DNA from: Alkalispirochaeta sp. | Lineage (GTDB): Bacteria > Spirochaetota > Spirochaetia > DSM-27196 > Alkalispirochaetaceae | Reading direction: 5' to 3' | Assembly: GCA_965242725.1 (NCBI GenBank) | Contig: CBDESZ010000006.1 | Location: 64,001-128,000, forward strand | DNA: 64,000 nucleotides | Shown: in pieces, positions 20,850-30,856 of the stretch | Layout of the letters: every line of letters starts with the position of its first letter | Position numbering within the stretch: position 1 is the first letter of the stretch | Notes under the pieces: model-generated | What the model saw: the letters and a program-made list of their open reading frames with translations, nothing else | The model's database searches: none | What the model was told of the DNA's origin: nothing | Position numbers and translations under genes: made by a program

Positions 20850-21439
20850 ATCGGGGTAATTGCATCGAAGGTGCCCTCACCATGGATCACTTCCATATTT
20901 GTTGCTTTTCCCCACTGATCAATTATAAACACCGATTTCCTCTATGAATGAGCGTCCGGTACGATGTTACCCATACGAGGTATCGTATGTACAGTGTATC
21001 GAGGGCGAACCGGACACAGCCATGACGGCGGCGTCCGATAAGACTGTTTCGGGCGGTTATTGAATGAGTGGATGTAGAGGACTCAGGAACAACCACCCGC
21101 TGCCGCGTTGATGTCCCCACGGGCAACCGATGAGATCGTCCTTCCCGGCGAGATATCGCGGGGTACGGCAAAGCTTCAGTCCGTTCAGAATATTACCAAA
21201 GTTGTCGAGCGGAACATGGGTAAAGGGAAAGTGTTTGACTCTGCCCGCCAGGGCATACGTAACCCGACCGATCCCAGGGGTATACGAGAATTCCTACAGT
21301 CCGGAGGTACTGGTAAGCGGTCCGCACATTCGTGATCCGGAGCGGGCGAAATGCCGGTACCAACGCGACCATCTCCGGATCGTTCGGTACCGGTAGCCTT
21401 TTTTGTGGTGTCGAATGGGTATTCGTACTCCGTTTCCTT

Positions 21440-21718
21440 CTACCGACGATATGTACCGAGCATACTCATGATCTCTTTTTGCTTTTCCGTTTGCTCGGTG
21501 AGATTCTCGCTTCGAATCGCATCGGCGACACAGGTGTCAAGATGATTCTGGAGAACGATGTTCTCGACGTTGCGTATCGCCGCGACTACGGCCGAAGTCT
21601 GGTTCAGTATGTCTAAGCAGTATCGATCTGTTTCAACCATTTTACTGACCCCGCCGAGCTGGCCCCGAATCCTGCTTAAGCGATCGCGTATACTCTTTTT
21701 TTGTTTATCGTCAAGCAT
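21440..21718 (-). CDS. csoR: CsoR-family metal-sensing repressor
   Basis: RLSRIRGQL, RYCLDIL, HLDTC (C-H-C fingerprint). Confidence 0.88.
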   Translation of the reverse strand: MLDDKQKKSIRDRLSRIRGQLGGVSKMVETDRYCLDILNQTSAVVAAIRNVENIVLQNHLDTCVADAIRSENLTEQTEKQKEIMSMLGTYRR

Positions 21719-21751
21719 GCCGTACCTCTGATTGTCGGTTCATATGTTTTT

Positions 21752-21841
21752 ATACCCCGGTAGGGTATATACTATCAACCCTCACTCGTCGACACAAGTG
21801 TCTCATCCGAGTTTATGACTTGACATACCCCCACGGGGTAT
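21752..21841. promoter_or_regulatory. two CsoR operators and a sigma70-like promoter
   Basis: ATACCCCGGTAGGGTAT 21752-21768; ATACCCCCACGGGGTAT 21825-21841 overlapping TTGACA 21820-21825. Confidence 0.8.
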
Positions 21842-21956
21842 ATTATATTGATATTAGCGTATGAATCTTTTTTAATCGAAGGGCGATACGGCTGATTAAT
21901 CCGGGCTCCTGATGAGTCCGGAAGAGGTACACAGCGCCCTTCGAAAGGAGCCACGT

Positions 21957-23987
21957 ATGAGTAAGCAGGTTGACCACAATCACCACAATCACCACGGTGA
22001 TCAACACCATGACCACAATGAACATCACAGGATGATGATCCGTGATTTCCGAACGCGGTTTTACGTGACCCTGGTGTTCACCATTCCGGTCCTCGCGTTA
22101 TCGGAACTCATTCAGCAGTTCCTCGGCTTTTCGTTCACCTTTGCCGGAGCGGATTATGTCGTCTTTGGCCTGGCCACGATCATATTTGTATATGGCGGCT
22201 GGCCCTTCCTTAGCGGTCTGGTCGGTGAACTTAAGCAGAAAGCACCGGGCATGATGACCCTCATCGCTCTCGCCATAACGGTAGCGTATGTCTACAGCGC
22301 GGCGGTAACGTTTGGTCTTGAAGGGACACCTTTTTATTGGGAATTGGCAACCTTAATCGCGATTATGCTTGCGGGTCACTGGATTGAAATGGCCTCAGTA
22401 TTAAGTGCGTCGTCCGCCCTTGAGAAGCTTGCCCAACTCATGCCGAACGAAGCGCACAAAAAGTCCGGAGACGATGTTAAAGACGTCCCGCTCTCGGAGA
22501 TCAAGAAGGGTGATATTCTGGTCATCAAGCCGGGAGAAAAAATACCCTCTGACGGCGTGATCACTCGCGGGTCGAGCTATATAGATGAGTCTATGCTGAC
22601 CGGTGAGTCTCGCCCGGTGCACAAGGAGTCAGGCGATCAGCTTATCGGCGGCTCTATAAACGGCGACGGATCGATGGAACTCAGGGTGGAAAGTTCGGGC
22701 GAAGATTCCTACCTTTCAAAAGTCATCAATATGGTCAGGGAGGCGCAGGCAGCCAAGTCGAAGACGCAAGCACTTTCGGATCGTGCGGCGCTCTGGCTGA
22801 CGATTGTCGCAATAACGGTGGGATTATCGACCCTCGTGGCGTGGTTGCTTGCCGGGCAGGGGTTGCAGTTTTCCATTGCCCGGATGGCGACGGTAATGAT
22901 CATTACGTGTCCCCACGCTTTAGGGCTGGCGATACCATTGGTGGTAGCACAGTCCACCGCCAAGTCCGCTCAGAACGGCCTGCTGATTCGCAACCGTACC
23001 GCCTTTGAGAATGCCCGGAAGATAAGCGCGGTCCTCTTTGATAAAACGGGAACGCTTACCAAGGGAACCTTCGAGGTTAACTCCGTGAATGTCCATAGCG
23101 GTCCGTACACAGAAAAGGAAATTCTCTCATTTGCGGCAGCCTTGGAGGGGCAGTCGGAACACCCCATCGGTAAGGGAATTGTGACAAAAGCGAAGAGCGA
23201 CGGAATCACCATCCAATCTGCCGATGATTTCGAGGCGATTAAGGGTAAGGGCGTCACCGGTACCGTCGGGAGTAAGCGCATTCAGGTAGTGAGCCCGGGA
23301 TATTTGGAAGAACAGGGGCTCGACAGGCCGCAGGGAGCGGAGCGCAAGGGCGGGGTCACCCGCGTCTTCGTCCTCGTTGACGGCGAAGTTGCAGGATCCG
23401 TGGCTCTTTCCGACACCATTCGACCCGAGTCCTACCGGGCGATTCAAGCGCTGAAAAAACGGGGAATCGAATGCTGGATGCTCACCGGAGATAACCGGGA
23501 GACTGCCGAAGCCGTTGCGGAGGAACTCGGAATGGACGGGTTCTTTGCGGAGGTCCTCCCCGATCAGAAGCAGGAAAAGGTGAAGGAGTTGCAGGACAAA
23601 GGAGCGTATGTTGCTATGACCGGTGATGGGGTCAATGATTCGCCGGCCCTCGCCCAGGCACAGATCGGCATTGCCGTCGGGTCCGGAACGGACGTTGCCG
23701 CTGCGACGGCCGATATTATACTGGTCAACTCCAACCCACTTGATATTACCGCGTTAATTCTCTTTGGTCGGGCTACCTACCGGAAAATGGTGCAGAACCT
23801 GATCTGGGCAACGGGTTACAACGTGGTGGCCATCCCCCTGGCGGCAGGCGTTTTATACAGTAGCACCGGTATGGTGCTTTCACCGGAGGTTGGTGCCATT
23901 CTGATGTCCCTTTCCACCGTGATTGTTGCCGTAAACGCGCGACTCTTGCGCGTCAAGAAAGAGGAATTGGAAGAGGCGACGGCTTGA
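21957..23987 (+). CDS. copB: copper-translocating P1B-3 ATPase
   Basis: His-rich N-terminus, CPHALGLA, DKTGT, GYN, MSLST. Confidence 0.9.
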   Translation: MSKQVDHNHHNHHGDQHHDHNEHHRMMIRDFRTRFYVTLVFTIPVLALSELIQQFLGFSFTFAGADYVVFGLATIIFVYGGWPFLSGLVGELKQKAPGMMTLIALAITVAYVYSAAVTFGLEGTPFYWELATLIAIMLAGHWIEMASVLSASSALEKLAQLMPNEAHKKSGDDVKDVPLSEIKKGDILVIKPGEKIPSDGVITRGSSYIDESMLTGESRPVHKESGDQLIGGSINGDGSMELRVESSGEDSYLSKVINMVREAQAAKSKTQALSDRAALWLTIVAITVGLSTLVAWLLAGQGLQFSIARMATVMIITCPHALGLAIPLVVAQSTAKSAQNGLLIRNRTAFENARKISAVLFDKTGTLTKGTFEVNSVNVHSGPYTEKEILSFAAALEGQSEHPIGKGIVTKAKSDGITIQSADDFEAIKGKGVTGTVGSKRIQVVSPGYLEEQGLDRPQGAERKGGVTRVFVLVDGEVAGSVALSDTIRPESYRAIQALKKRGIECWMLTGDNRETAEAVAEELGMDGFFAEVLPDQKQEKVKELQDKGAYVAMTGDGVNDSPALAQAQIGIAVGSGTDVAAATADIILVNSNPLDITALILFGRATYRKMVQNLIWATGYNVVAIPLAAGVLYSSTGMVLSPEVGAILMSLSTVIVAVNARLLRVKKEELEEATA

Positions 23988-24008
23988 TTGTCCCGGTTTT
24001 TAGTAACT

Positions 24009-24048
24009 GTAACATGATCGCAACATAGCGGTCGCCGGAATGTAACAT
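24009..24048 (+). promoter_or_regulatory. 4 x 11-bp phased box ahead of the SHOCT/two-component operon
   Basis: GTAAC 24009, GCAAC 24020, GTCGC 24031, GTAAC 24042. Confidence 0.6.
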
Positions 24049-24083
24049 TGAATGGATATGATTTGTACTACCAGGAGGAAACG

Positions 24084-24266
24084 ATGGGACTTTTACTGAT
24101 TATTGTGTTATTCGCCGTGGGATACTTTATGTACAAGAACGGATTGATCCCGGCGTCTCTCGATGGCGCCGATCGAAAGGCGCCGATCGATATTATCAAC
24201 GAGCGCTACGCCCGGGGTGAAATCGACCGGGAAGAATACGAGCGACTCAGACGAGATCTGAATTAA
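24084..24266 (+). CDS. small SHOCT membrane protein
   Basis: TM plus ERYARGEIDREEY. Confidence 0.8.
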   Translation: MGLLLIIVLFAVGYFMYKNGLIPASLDGADRKAPIDIINERYARGEIDREEYERLRRDLN

Positions 24267-24288
24267 GTTTGACTTGGAGGAACAATAC

Positions 24289-24555
24289 ATGATGCACAAC
24301 AACTGGGGCTGGGGAACCGGCATGGGATTTGGATACGGAGGCGGTATCGTCTCCATCCTGCTGATAGCGGTAATTCTCATCGGAGGATTCTTCTTCATAC
24401 GGTGGATTATCCGTCGAACCGATGGAGACGGGCTTTCCCCCGGCGGATCAGGCCGACGTGACCCGGCGGAGATACTTAAGGAACGGTACGCGAAAGGTGA
24501 AATTTCCAGGGAAGAGTACCGAAGCATGTTGTCGGACATAAGAGGTGGAGAGTAA
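24289..24555 (+). CDS. small SHOCT membrane protein
   Basis: TM plus LKERYAKGEISREEY. Confidence 0.8.
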   Translation: MMHNNWGWGTGMGFGYGGGIVSILLIAVILIGGFFFIRWIIRRTDGDGLSPGGSGRRDPAEILKERYAKGEISREEYRSMLSDIRGGE

Positions 24556-25250
24556 TGATTTATAGTCGAAAATCGTTCTTGTTTGCGGTGGCACTGGCTT
24601 TTTTTGTAGCGGGAATTGCCACTGCTCAGGAGGATGCACACGGACGCGACGTCGAGGAAATTCTCCAACAGATCATACAGGTTCAGGGAGTAGAACGGGT
24701 CGGCCAAATTGACGCCAATGCGGTCGACCGGGATCTCCTTGAAGAGCTCGGAGACGGCGTCATGGGCCTCATGATTGCGGACGACGAGCGGCACGAATGG
24801 ATGGATCGAATGATGGGAGGCGAAGGCTCCGCTGAGCTTGCCTCCACGCACGCCTGGCTTGGATATAACTACCTTCAAAATGACGGTAATCTCGCCTCCT
24901 TCGGCCCCGGAATGATGGGGTTCGGAATGATGGGCCCCGGTATGATGGGTGGCTGGAACTGGGGCGCGGACCGTAACGGACCCTGGTCGGAAACCTGGGG
25001 TGATCGGGGAAGCTGGTACGGCGGAACGCCGTTTAGTCGGCAGGCCGGTACCTACCTCTGGATTATCGGACTTCTCGTTTTGGTACTGATAGTCGCTATC
25101 ATTGTAGCGCTCGTGCGGACCAGGACGCCCCGACACGGCTCGCAATCGGGCAAATCAGGTGAGAGCGCCGTCGCCATCCTGCAGGCTCGCTATGCCAGGG
25201 GCGAGCTTTCTCAAGAAGAGTATCGTCAAATTAAAAAGGAGCTGCGGTGA
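24555..25250 (+). CDS. exported/membrane Met-rich SHOCT protein
   Basis: HEWMDRMMGGEGS, GPGMMG repeats, TM, ARYARGELSQEEY. Confidence 0.8.
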   Translation: MIYSRKSFLFAVALAFFVAGIATAQEDAHGRDVEEILQQIIQVQGVERVGQIDANAVDRDLLEELGDGVMGLMIADDERHEWMDRMMGGEGSAELASTHAWLGYNYLQNDGNLASFGPGMMGFGMMGPGMMGGWNWGADRNGPWSETWGDRGSWYGGTPFSRQAGTYLWIIGLLVLVLIVAIIVALVRTRTPRHGSQSGKSGESAVAILQARYARGELSQEEYRQIKKELR

Positions 25251-25271
25251 ATTCGATTAGCAGGGTAGCTT

Positions 25272-25967
25272 ATGGCCGGTGAGCGCATTCTCATCGTTGA
25301 CGATGAGGCCGGCATACAGAAGACACTAAAGGCGTATCTGGAAAATGAAGGATACGCCACGGAGTCAGTAACCGAAGGCGATTGGGTGCTCCCGAGGGTA
25401 CAGATATTTAAGCCTGACGTTGTTATTCTTGATATTATGCTCCCAGGAATTGATGGAATAGAAGTATTAAGACGACTCCGGCAGGACTCCTCCGTATTGG
25501 TGCTCATGCTCAGCGCCAAGGGCGAGGAGTCCGACCGTCTCGTGGGACTCAAAATGGGGGCAGATGACTACGTCGTAAAACCATTTAGTCCCCGGGAGGT
25601 TGTAACTCGGGTCGGCGTTCTCCTTCGGCGCGGTCGGGGAGCGGACGGCGACCCGGGCGACGTTATTAGATTTTCCCGAATCACCGTCGACCCGGGCAGC
25701 AGACAAGCGTGGAAAGATGCGACAATACTGAGCCTGACTCCGATAGAGTTTGACTTGCTCCTCACCCTTTCCCGCAACAGCGGGCGAGTCCTCAGTCGAG
25801 ATCAGTTGATCGACCACGCCTGGGGTGACGACTACTACATCGATGAGCGTGTCGTTGATGTGCACGTTCGCAGACTCCGCAGGAAGATCGAAGACGATCC
25901 CCGAGAAGCCCGAATTATTGCCACCGCGCGAGGTGCCGGCTATCGCCTGGATTCCAATCACGCATGA
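25272..25967 (+). CDS. OmpR/PhoB-family response regulator
   Basis: VDDE, LDIMLP, GADDYVVKPF, VDVHVRRLRRK. Confidence 0.93.
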   Translation: MAGERILIVDDEAGIQKTLKAYLENEGYATESVTEGDWVLPRVQIFKPDVVILDIMLPGIDGIEVLRRLRQDSSVLVLMLSAKGEESDRLVGLKMGADDYVVKPFSPREVVTRVGVLLRRGRGADGDPGDVIRFSRITVDPGSRQAWKDATILSLTPIEFDLLLTLSRNSGRVLSRDQLIDHAWGDDYYIDERVVDVHVRRLRRKIEDDPREARIIATARGAGYRLDSNHA

Positions 25968-27085
25968 AGCTGGAAACATTCTTAAAACCGAAACTTGGAC
26001 GTAAGCTCTTTCTTTCCCATTTGATTGTTGTACTCGTGGGAAGCGTGGTCCTGGCGGCCGTCGCCTACCTGCACGCACCTCGCGCGCTGACACATCACAT
26101 GGCGGAAATGGACGCAGCAATGGGGCGGATGCACGGCATGGGAGTGGATCTCAGGCAGAGTTTTCTTGCTGCGGTGGGCGAGGTGCTCTTCGTCGCGGGA
26201 CTCGTCGCCGTCGGGGCGGCGGTAGTGGTGAGCAGTTTCGTGGCATGGCGAATTATCGGGCCAGTTCGTTCTTTGACGGTTGCCAGTAGACGTATCGCCG
26301 ACGGCGATTACTCCCACCGAGTCGAGGCCGTCTGGAAGGATGAGTTGGGAGAGCTGGCCGCGTCGTTCAATCGCATGGCTGCCGCACTCGATGAAACCGA
26401 AAGGAGACGTGCGGAACTTATTGGCAATGTAGCCCACGAACTTCGCACGCCGCTCACAACGATTCGGAGCATGATGGAAGGGCTCATTGATGGTGTGTTG
26501 CCGGCGGATACCGAAACCTTTCTCGACGTACAGCGCGAGGCATCACGGCTCGGCCGTCTCACCTCAGAATTGAGCGAGCTCTCTCGTGCCGAAGCGGGGG
26601 AGATTTCATTGGAAACCAAGCTGACGGATCCGAAAGTACTGCTCCGAATAGCCGTTAATCGCCTTCGTCCGCAATTCCAGGACAAAGGTATTGCGCTGAC
26701 GGTCGGGTTTCCACAACGAAACCTGCCGTGGGTCGATGTAGATGACGAAAAGATACTCCAGGTTCTGCTCAATTTAATCGGAAATGCACTCCAATATACC
26801 GACCCGGAGGGTAGCGTCCAGGTACAGTGCCAAGCGGAGGGAGATTTGGTTCGGTTTTCCGTTTCTGATGATGGAATCGGCATTCCGCCCGAGGATCTCC
26901 CTCGGGTGTTTGAGCGATTCTATCGGGTGGATAAGTCGCGAGCACGCTCCCGCGGTGGGAGCGGAATCGGTCTCACTATTGCCGCTCATTTGGTGAAGGC
27001 TCATGGTGGAACAATCGCGGTCAAAAGTAATGGGATTGGTCAAGGAAGTGTTTTTTCTTTCGTCATCCCACGACCGAAAGATTAA
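25964..27085 (+). CDS. HAMP sensor histidine kinase with His/Met-rich sensor loop
   Basis: HHMAEMDAAMGRMHGM, HELRTPL, N/G1/F/G2 boxes. Confidence 0.93.
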   Translation: MKLETFLKPKLGRKLFLSHLIVVLVGSVVLAAVAYLHAPRALTHHMAEMDAAMGRMHGMGVDLRQSFLAAVGEVLFVAGLVAVGAAVVVSSFVAWRIIGPVRSLTVASRRIADGDYSHRVEAVWKDELGELAASFNRMAAALDETERRRAELIGNVAHELRTPLTTIRSMMEGLIDGVLPADTETFLDVQREASRLGRLTSELSELSRAEAGEISLETKLTDPKVLLRIAVNRLRPQFQDKGIALTVGFPQRNLPWVDVDDEKILQVLLNLIGNALQYTDPEGSVQVQCQAEGDLVRFSVSDDGIGIPPEDLPRVFERFYRVDKSRARSRGGSGIGLTIAAHLVKAHGGTIAVKSNGIGQGSVFSFVIPRPKD

Positions 27086-27179
27086 ACAATTTATCCGTCT
27101 GACACATGGCAGAACGTATTCGTGTTGATGGGTATGAACGAGTGCGGAGTGACGCTCCGCACCCGGATGTTTGCCGCTC

Positions 27180-27389
27180 TTATCTGACCGCTCCAACCGT
27201 ATAACCCGCCTCGGAAACTGATTGAGCGTACGTCTCCAAGGGAATCTCAGCTTGAACATTTACGGAAGCGACTCCCGACTGCAAATCAACCGTTACGGTG
27301 GAGACGCCGTCGATTTTTTCAAGCGCTTGCCGAACACTCATCGCACAGTGATCGCAACTCATATCCTTAATGTAAACTTGTTGTGTCAT
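27180..27389 (-). CDS. copZ: copper chaperone
   Basis: MSCDHC in a 69-aa HMA protein; CsoR box TTACCCCTGTAGGGTAT at 27411-27427. Confidence 0.88.
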   Translation of the reverse strand: MTQQVYIKDMSCDHCAMSVRQALEKIDGVSTVTVDLQSGVASVNVQAEIPLETYAQSVSEAGYTVGAVR

Positions 27390-27527
27390 ATCGACCTCCT
27401 GAAAAATACATTACCCCTGTAGGGTATATAGAATTATACATCGTCGATATTTGTGGGTCAAGTGCTCCCCAGAATATTTTCATGGCGTAACAAACGCTCA
27501 CCGCCGTTCCCGATTTGGTTGTTCCGC

Positions 27528-28160
27528 TTAAGGATAGGCCGTAATACGTTTTATGATGTCCTTCCAGAGATTTGTCACTTCGATATCGCGAAATCCCGCC
27601 CGGCGAAGATTATCCACGGTTCGGCGGTTGATGTTTGCCCCATAAAGATGGAGTGGAAGAGGGTTTAGAACGTCCATAAGAGGACCGAGTATCGGGCCTT
27701 CACTGCGAACGTGCTCGAGCATGAGCACCTTACCGTCCGGTTTGCATACACGGTGAATCTCTTTGAGACCGGCTACGGGAAGTGGTACCGAGCAAAACAC
27801 GCATGTCGAGACAACCGTATCGAACGTATTGTCGTCAAAATCGAGGTGCTGTGCATCCATTTCCAGGAGCGTTACGTTAGATAGGCCATGCTGCGCTTTT
27901 CGGTCGGCTGCACGTGCAATCATCGCCCGGCTGAAATCGATCGCCGTGACCGAGACGTCCTTCGGGTAGTAGGGAAGGTTTTTACCCGTACCGACTCCCA
28001 CTTCAAGAACTGCACCTTTCGCGAAACTCAACAATTCTTCGCGCCACGACGACGCCATCCGCTCCATCGGGTTTTCTAATAGATCATATACGGGAGCGAT
28101 TCGGTCGTACCGTTGTTGGATTTTGTTAATTTGTTTTGTCATATCATGTACCTTAGTCAA
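27528..28160 (-). CDS. class I SAM-dependent methyltransferase, paralog of 13593-14258
   Basis: Same motifs with long identical peptide stretches. Confidence 0.88.
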   Translation of the reverse strand: MTKVHDMTKQINKIQQRYDRIAPVYDLLENPMERMASSWREELLSFAKGAVLEVGVGTGKNLPYYPKDVSVTAIDFSRAMIARAADRKAQHGLSNVTLLEMDAQHLDFDDNTFDTVVSTCVFCSVPLPVAGLKEIHRVCKPDGKVLMLEHVRSEGPILGPLMDVLNPLPLHLYGANINRRTVDNLRRAGFRDIEVTNLWKDIIKRITAYP

Positions 28161-28212
28161 AGTTTCTTTTCACGCGCCTGCTTCCCGAACATCTTAAATA
28201 TAACGCTATGGT

Positions 28213-28250
28213 ATGTATGAGAATTGACGGCGATATTACAGTTTGATGAA
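28213..28250 (-). promoter_or_regulatory. 4 x 11-bp phased box upstream of the methyltransferase
   Basis: Minus strand TTCAT, GTAAT, GTCAA, TACAT. Confidence 0.55.
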
Positions 28251-28348
28251 TTGTTTTCTCCGGACGAAATACAGTTGCCTCGTTTTGCTGTTGCCATTCG
28301 ATGCCTTTGTTGGTTACGTTAGGATGTCGTAGACTACGGGGGTATGGT

Positions 28349-28627
28349 ATGATGAAAGAAGAACAGAGGGAAAAAGTACGGAACAGGTTACGCCGGATTG
28401 AAGGACAGATTGCCGGGATTGGTCGTATGATTGATGATGACCGATACTGTGTCGACATTCTCAACCAAACGTCGGCCGTCATCGCGGCGATCAGGAACGT
28501 TGAGAATATCGTAATGGAGAACCACTTGAACACATGTGTCGTCGATGCGATTCGGAGCGGAGATCCTGAGGAACAACGCCTGAAGACGACCGAAATTATG
28601 GATGTGCTTGGCAAGTATCGGAAGTGA
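28349..28627 (+). CDS. csoR: second CsoR-family repressor
   Basis: RLRRIEGQI, RYCVDIL, HLNTC; CTACGGGGGTATGGTAT overlaps its start. Confidence 0.88.
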   Translation: MMKEEQREKVRNRLRRIEGQIAGIGRMIDDDRYCVDILNQTSAVIAAIRNVENIVMENHLNTCVVDAIRSGDPEEQRLKTTEIMDVLGKYRK

Positions 28628-28657
28628 AGATATTCGCGGGGGCGCGAAACAGATAGA

Positions 28658-29302
28658 TTATCTACCGTCGCGGAATTTCACATAGAGGCGGCGCAGGGCA
28701 AAAATCGCGACTGAAACGCCAATTCCCATCAGTGACAAACGTATCCAATCGTTTCGGGCAAGTGCACTGCCCATGGAGAGAATGACAAAGGCAAAGGGTG
28801 TCATACCGATAAGGCTGGCGAGAGCGTAAGTGCGGAAGGAGACCGCTTTGGTCAAACCAAGCACGTAACTTGGTATCTCCACGGGAAATATCATCCGTAT
28901 AATGACGATCGCCAGAAAACCCGTGTCCCGGGGTATCCTGTTCTCCCATTCCTGCAGTCTCTCCGGGGAAACCAGTTTTACCAGAACCGGTCTGCCAAGA
29001 TACCGAGCGATGAGAAAAGCGATGACGGCACCGATCCACCAGCCAAGGATGCTCAGGATACCTCCTATGGTAATACCCCATGCCGCTGCCGCTATGGGTA
29101 TCAGTGGCATGGAAGAAAGGGGAAGGACCACGATCGCCGCGGCCGTCACGGCTACATAGATCATCGCCGTACCTACGGGGTAGTCGATGGCGTACTGGGC
29201 GATGACGGAAACCAACAGCGGAAAATATTGAAACGAAAACAACAGACCCGAGGCGATAAGCAGGGCGACAAGTACTCGTACAAGCAGAACCGGGAGTCTC
29301 AT
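28658..29302 (-). CDS. TVP38/DedA (VTT) membrane protein
   Basis: GAVIAFLIARYLGR, IRMIFP, SYVLGLT; start trimmed to MRLPV. Confidence 0.8.
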   Translation of the reverse strand: MRLPVLLVRVLVALLIASGLLFSFQYFPLLVSVIAQYAIDYPVGTAMIYVAVTAAAIVVLPLSSMPLIPIAAAAWGITIGGILSILGWWIGAVIAFLIARYLGRPVLVKLVSPERLQEWENRIPRDTGFLAIVIIRMIFPVEIPSYVLGLTKAVSFRTYALASLIGMTPFAFVILSMGSALARNDWIRLSLMGIGVSVAIFALRRLYVKFRDGR

Positions 29303-29802
29303 TTCTTCCTCCGGAAGACTCCCCAAAAAACCAATGCAAGTACCGCAACAAATATGAGCAAATGGTATACCCGTACATGGATTGGTCGGTGAAGGATATG
29401 TCGGTCCGGGGAAAACCAGGGAGACCACCGGTCGGTAGTTATACCCGGGGCCATTATGGTGTTGTTCCATTGCGGAATGGTACCGTCCATTTCAAGGTAG
29501 TGGCGGGCAAAACGTATATGGACGGCCATGTTTCGCGGTGAGCCGCGGCCGCCCATTATGTCGTTTAACCACTTGTGCCAGTCCGGGTCATCTACAATGG
29601 CACCCATGATTTGGAAACCGAGTTCTTCCATATCCGCCGGGGATACCAGGTCGGGGTCTATGTCACCCGGTCTGCGTACCCCCTGTTCTTCCATGATGCG
29701 GGCGGTGATTTCCATAACCGATTGTTCATCGGGAAAAAGGGAAAGTGCCGGGAGTACAAACAGGAGCAGAACGAAGACGGTTAATCGAGAACGACTGTGC
29801 AT
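29299..29802 (-). CDS. exported protein, divergent paralog of the HEWMD family
   Basis: IDPDLVS..MEELG..IMG....WHKWLNDIMGGRGS....H......YL. Confidence 0.65.
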   Translation of the reverse strand: MHSRSRLTVFVLLLFVLPALSLFPDEQSVMEITARIMEEQGVRRPGDIDPDLVSPADMEELGFQIMGAIVDDPDWHKWLNDIMGGRGSPRNMAVHIRFARHYLEMDGTIPQWNNTIMAPGITTDRWSPWFSPDRHILHRPIHVRVYHLLIFVAVLALVFWGVFRRKK

Positions 29803-29914
29803 CTGTAATCAGTATATCAGCGACCTTGAGCCGCAGGTGTCGAACCTACGATTTTTCGGACTTTGTTTGTATAATGTAGAAGAAATGAACAAGCAAAAAG
29901 GAATTTGGAAGCAT

Positions 29915-30609
29915 CTATAGGTAGCAGCTGGTATCTGAAATAGTTCAAATTTATCATTATTAAAACTATCTGACTTTTCAACACCAAGAATATCAATAAA
30001 TGATTCATCATTTTTTTCACTAGGCAAATAGACTGATATCAGAGGAGAATCAGTCACCTCTCCCCATCTACCATTTGTCAAATTCCAAAGCTCTTGGTAT
30101 TCATCTGTACATACGTATTCTTTCCAGAATTTAGGGCCTTCTTTAAAAAAGTTTTCATGTGTAAAGTTTTTACTCTTCCCTACCAATTCAAAAGACGGTT
30201 TTTCGACTATTTTATAATCCATATCATTTCCTCCTTTGATTTCGATATGAAAAGAAACACGATTATATGCCGATAATTTAACCTCAGAGCTGCGCACTTC
30301 TCGTGGATTAATACCATGCATATTCCGGAATGCTCTAGTAAACGCATTTGGTGATTCATAACCATATTTCAGAGCGATATCAATGACTTTTTCATTCCCA
30401 GCAGCGAGATCAGAGGCTGCTAAATTCAATCTTCGTCGTCTGATATATTCAGCAGGCGTAATCCCAATGATTGCATAAAACATTCGCTGAAAATGAAATG
30501 ATGAACAATTGGCTATCTTTGCTACTTCTGAAATCAGTAGTTCATATTTAATATTATCTTCAATATAATTGATTGCCATATTCATTCTTTCAGACCATTC
30601 CATTATCAT
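29915..30609 (-). pseudogene. AraC/Rob-type regulator with GyrI-like domain, 3'-truncated; probable gene cassette
   Basis: HFQRMF, YIRRRRL, YGYESPNAFTRAF; similarity stops at IPAATY; AT-rich; preceded by GTTAGAT core site. Confidence 0.75.
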
Positions 30610-30757
30610 GCTTCCTTGTTATGCATAGTAATAAATTTTAATTCTATGATCTCACCTTTTTATGCGATGCGATGTGTGTTTATACATTTCCAAACTGGCA
30701 CGGATGCCAGTTTGCCTATATATAATCCCTTCTCCCAAAAAAGGGCGGGGTAATTGC

Positions 30758-30785
30758 ATCTAACGTCCTGCGAATAGCCGAAGTT
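30758..30785 (-). other. partial attC-like site (right half only)
   Basis: AACTTCGGCTATTCGCAGGAC-GTTAGAT, a perfect GTTRRRY ahead of araC; no left arm found. Confidence 0.4.
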
Positions 30786-30856
30786 ACCAAGGCATTCACC
30801 TGTCAACAATGTCCTTAGCTTTCTGTAAACCATCTCCATGATCAGTACCTGTGTCC

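Noticed and set aside
20860..21430. Riboswitch or ncRNA in the long intergenic gap
   Set aside because: Only weak hairpins and partial CsoR-like half sites; no family recognised. An Rfam scan would decide.
29911..29917. GCATCTA near the araC break as an attC core
   Set aside because: It lacks the invariant AAC/GTT triplet and has no paired arms.
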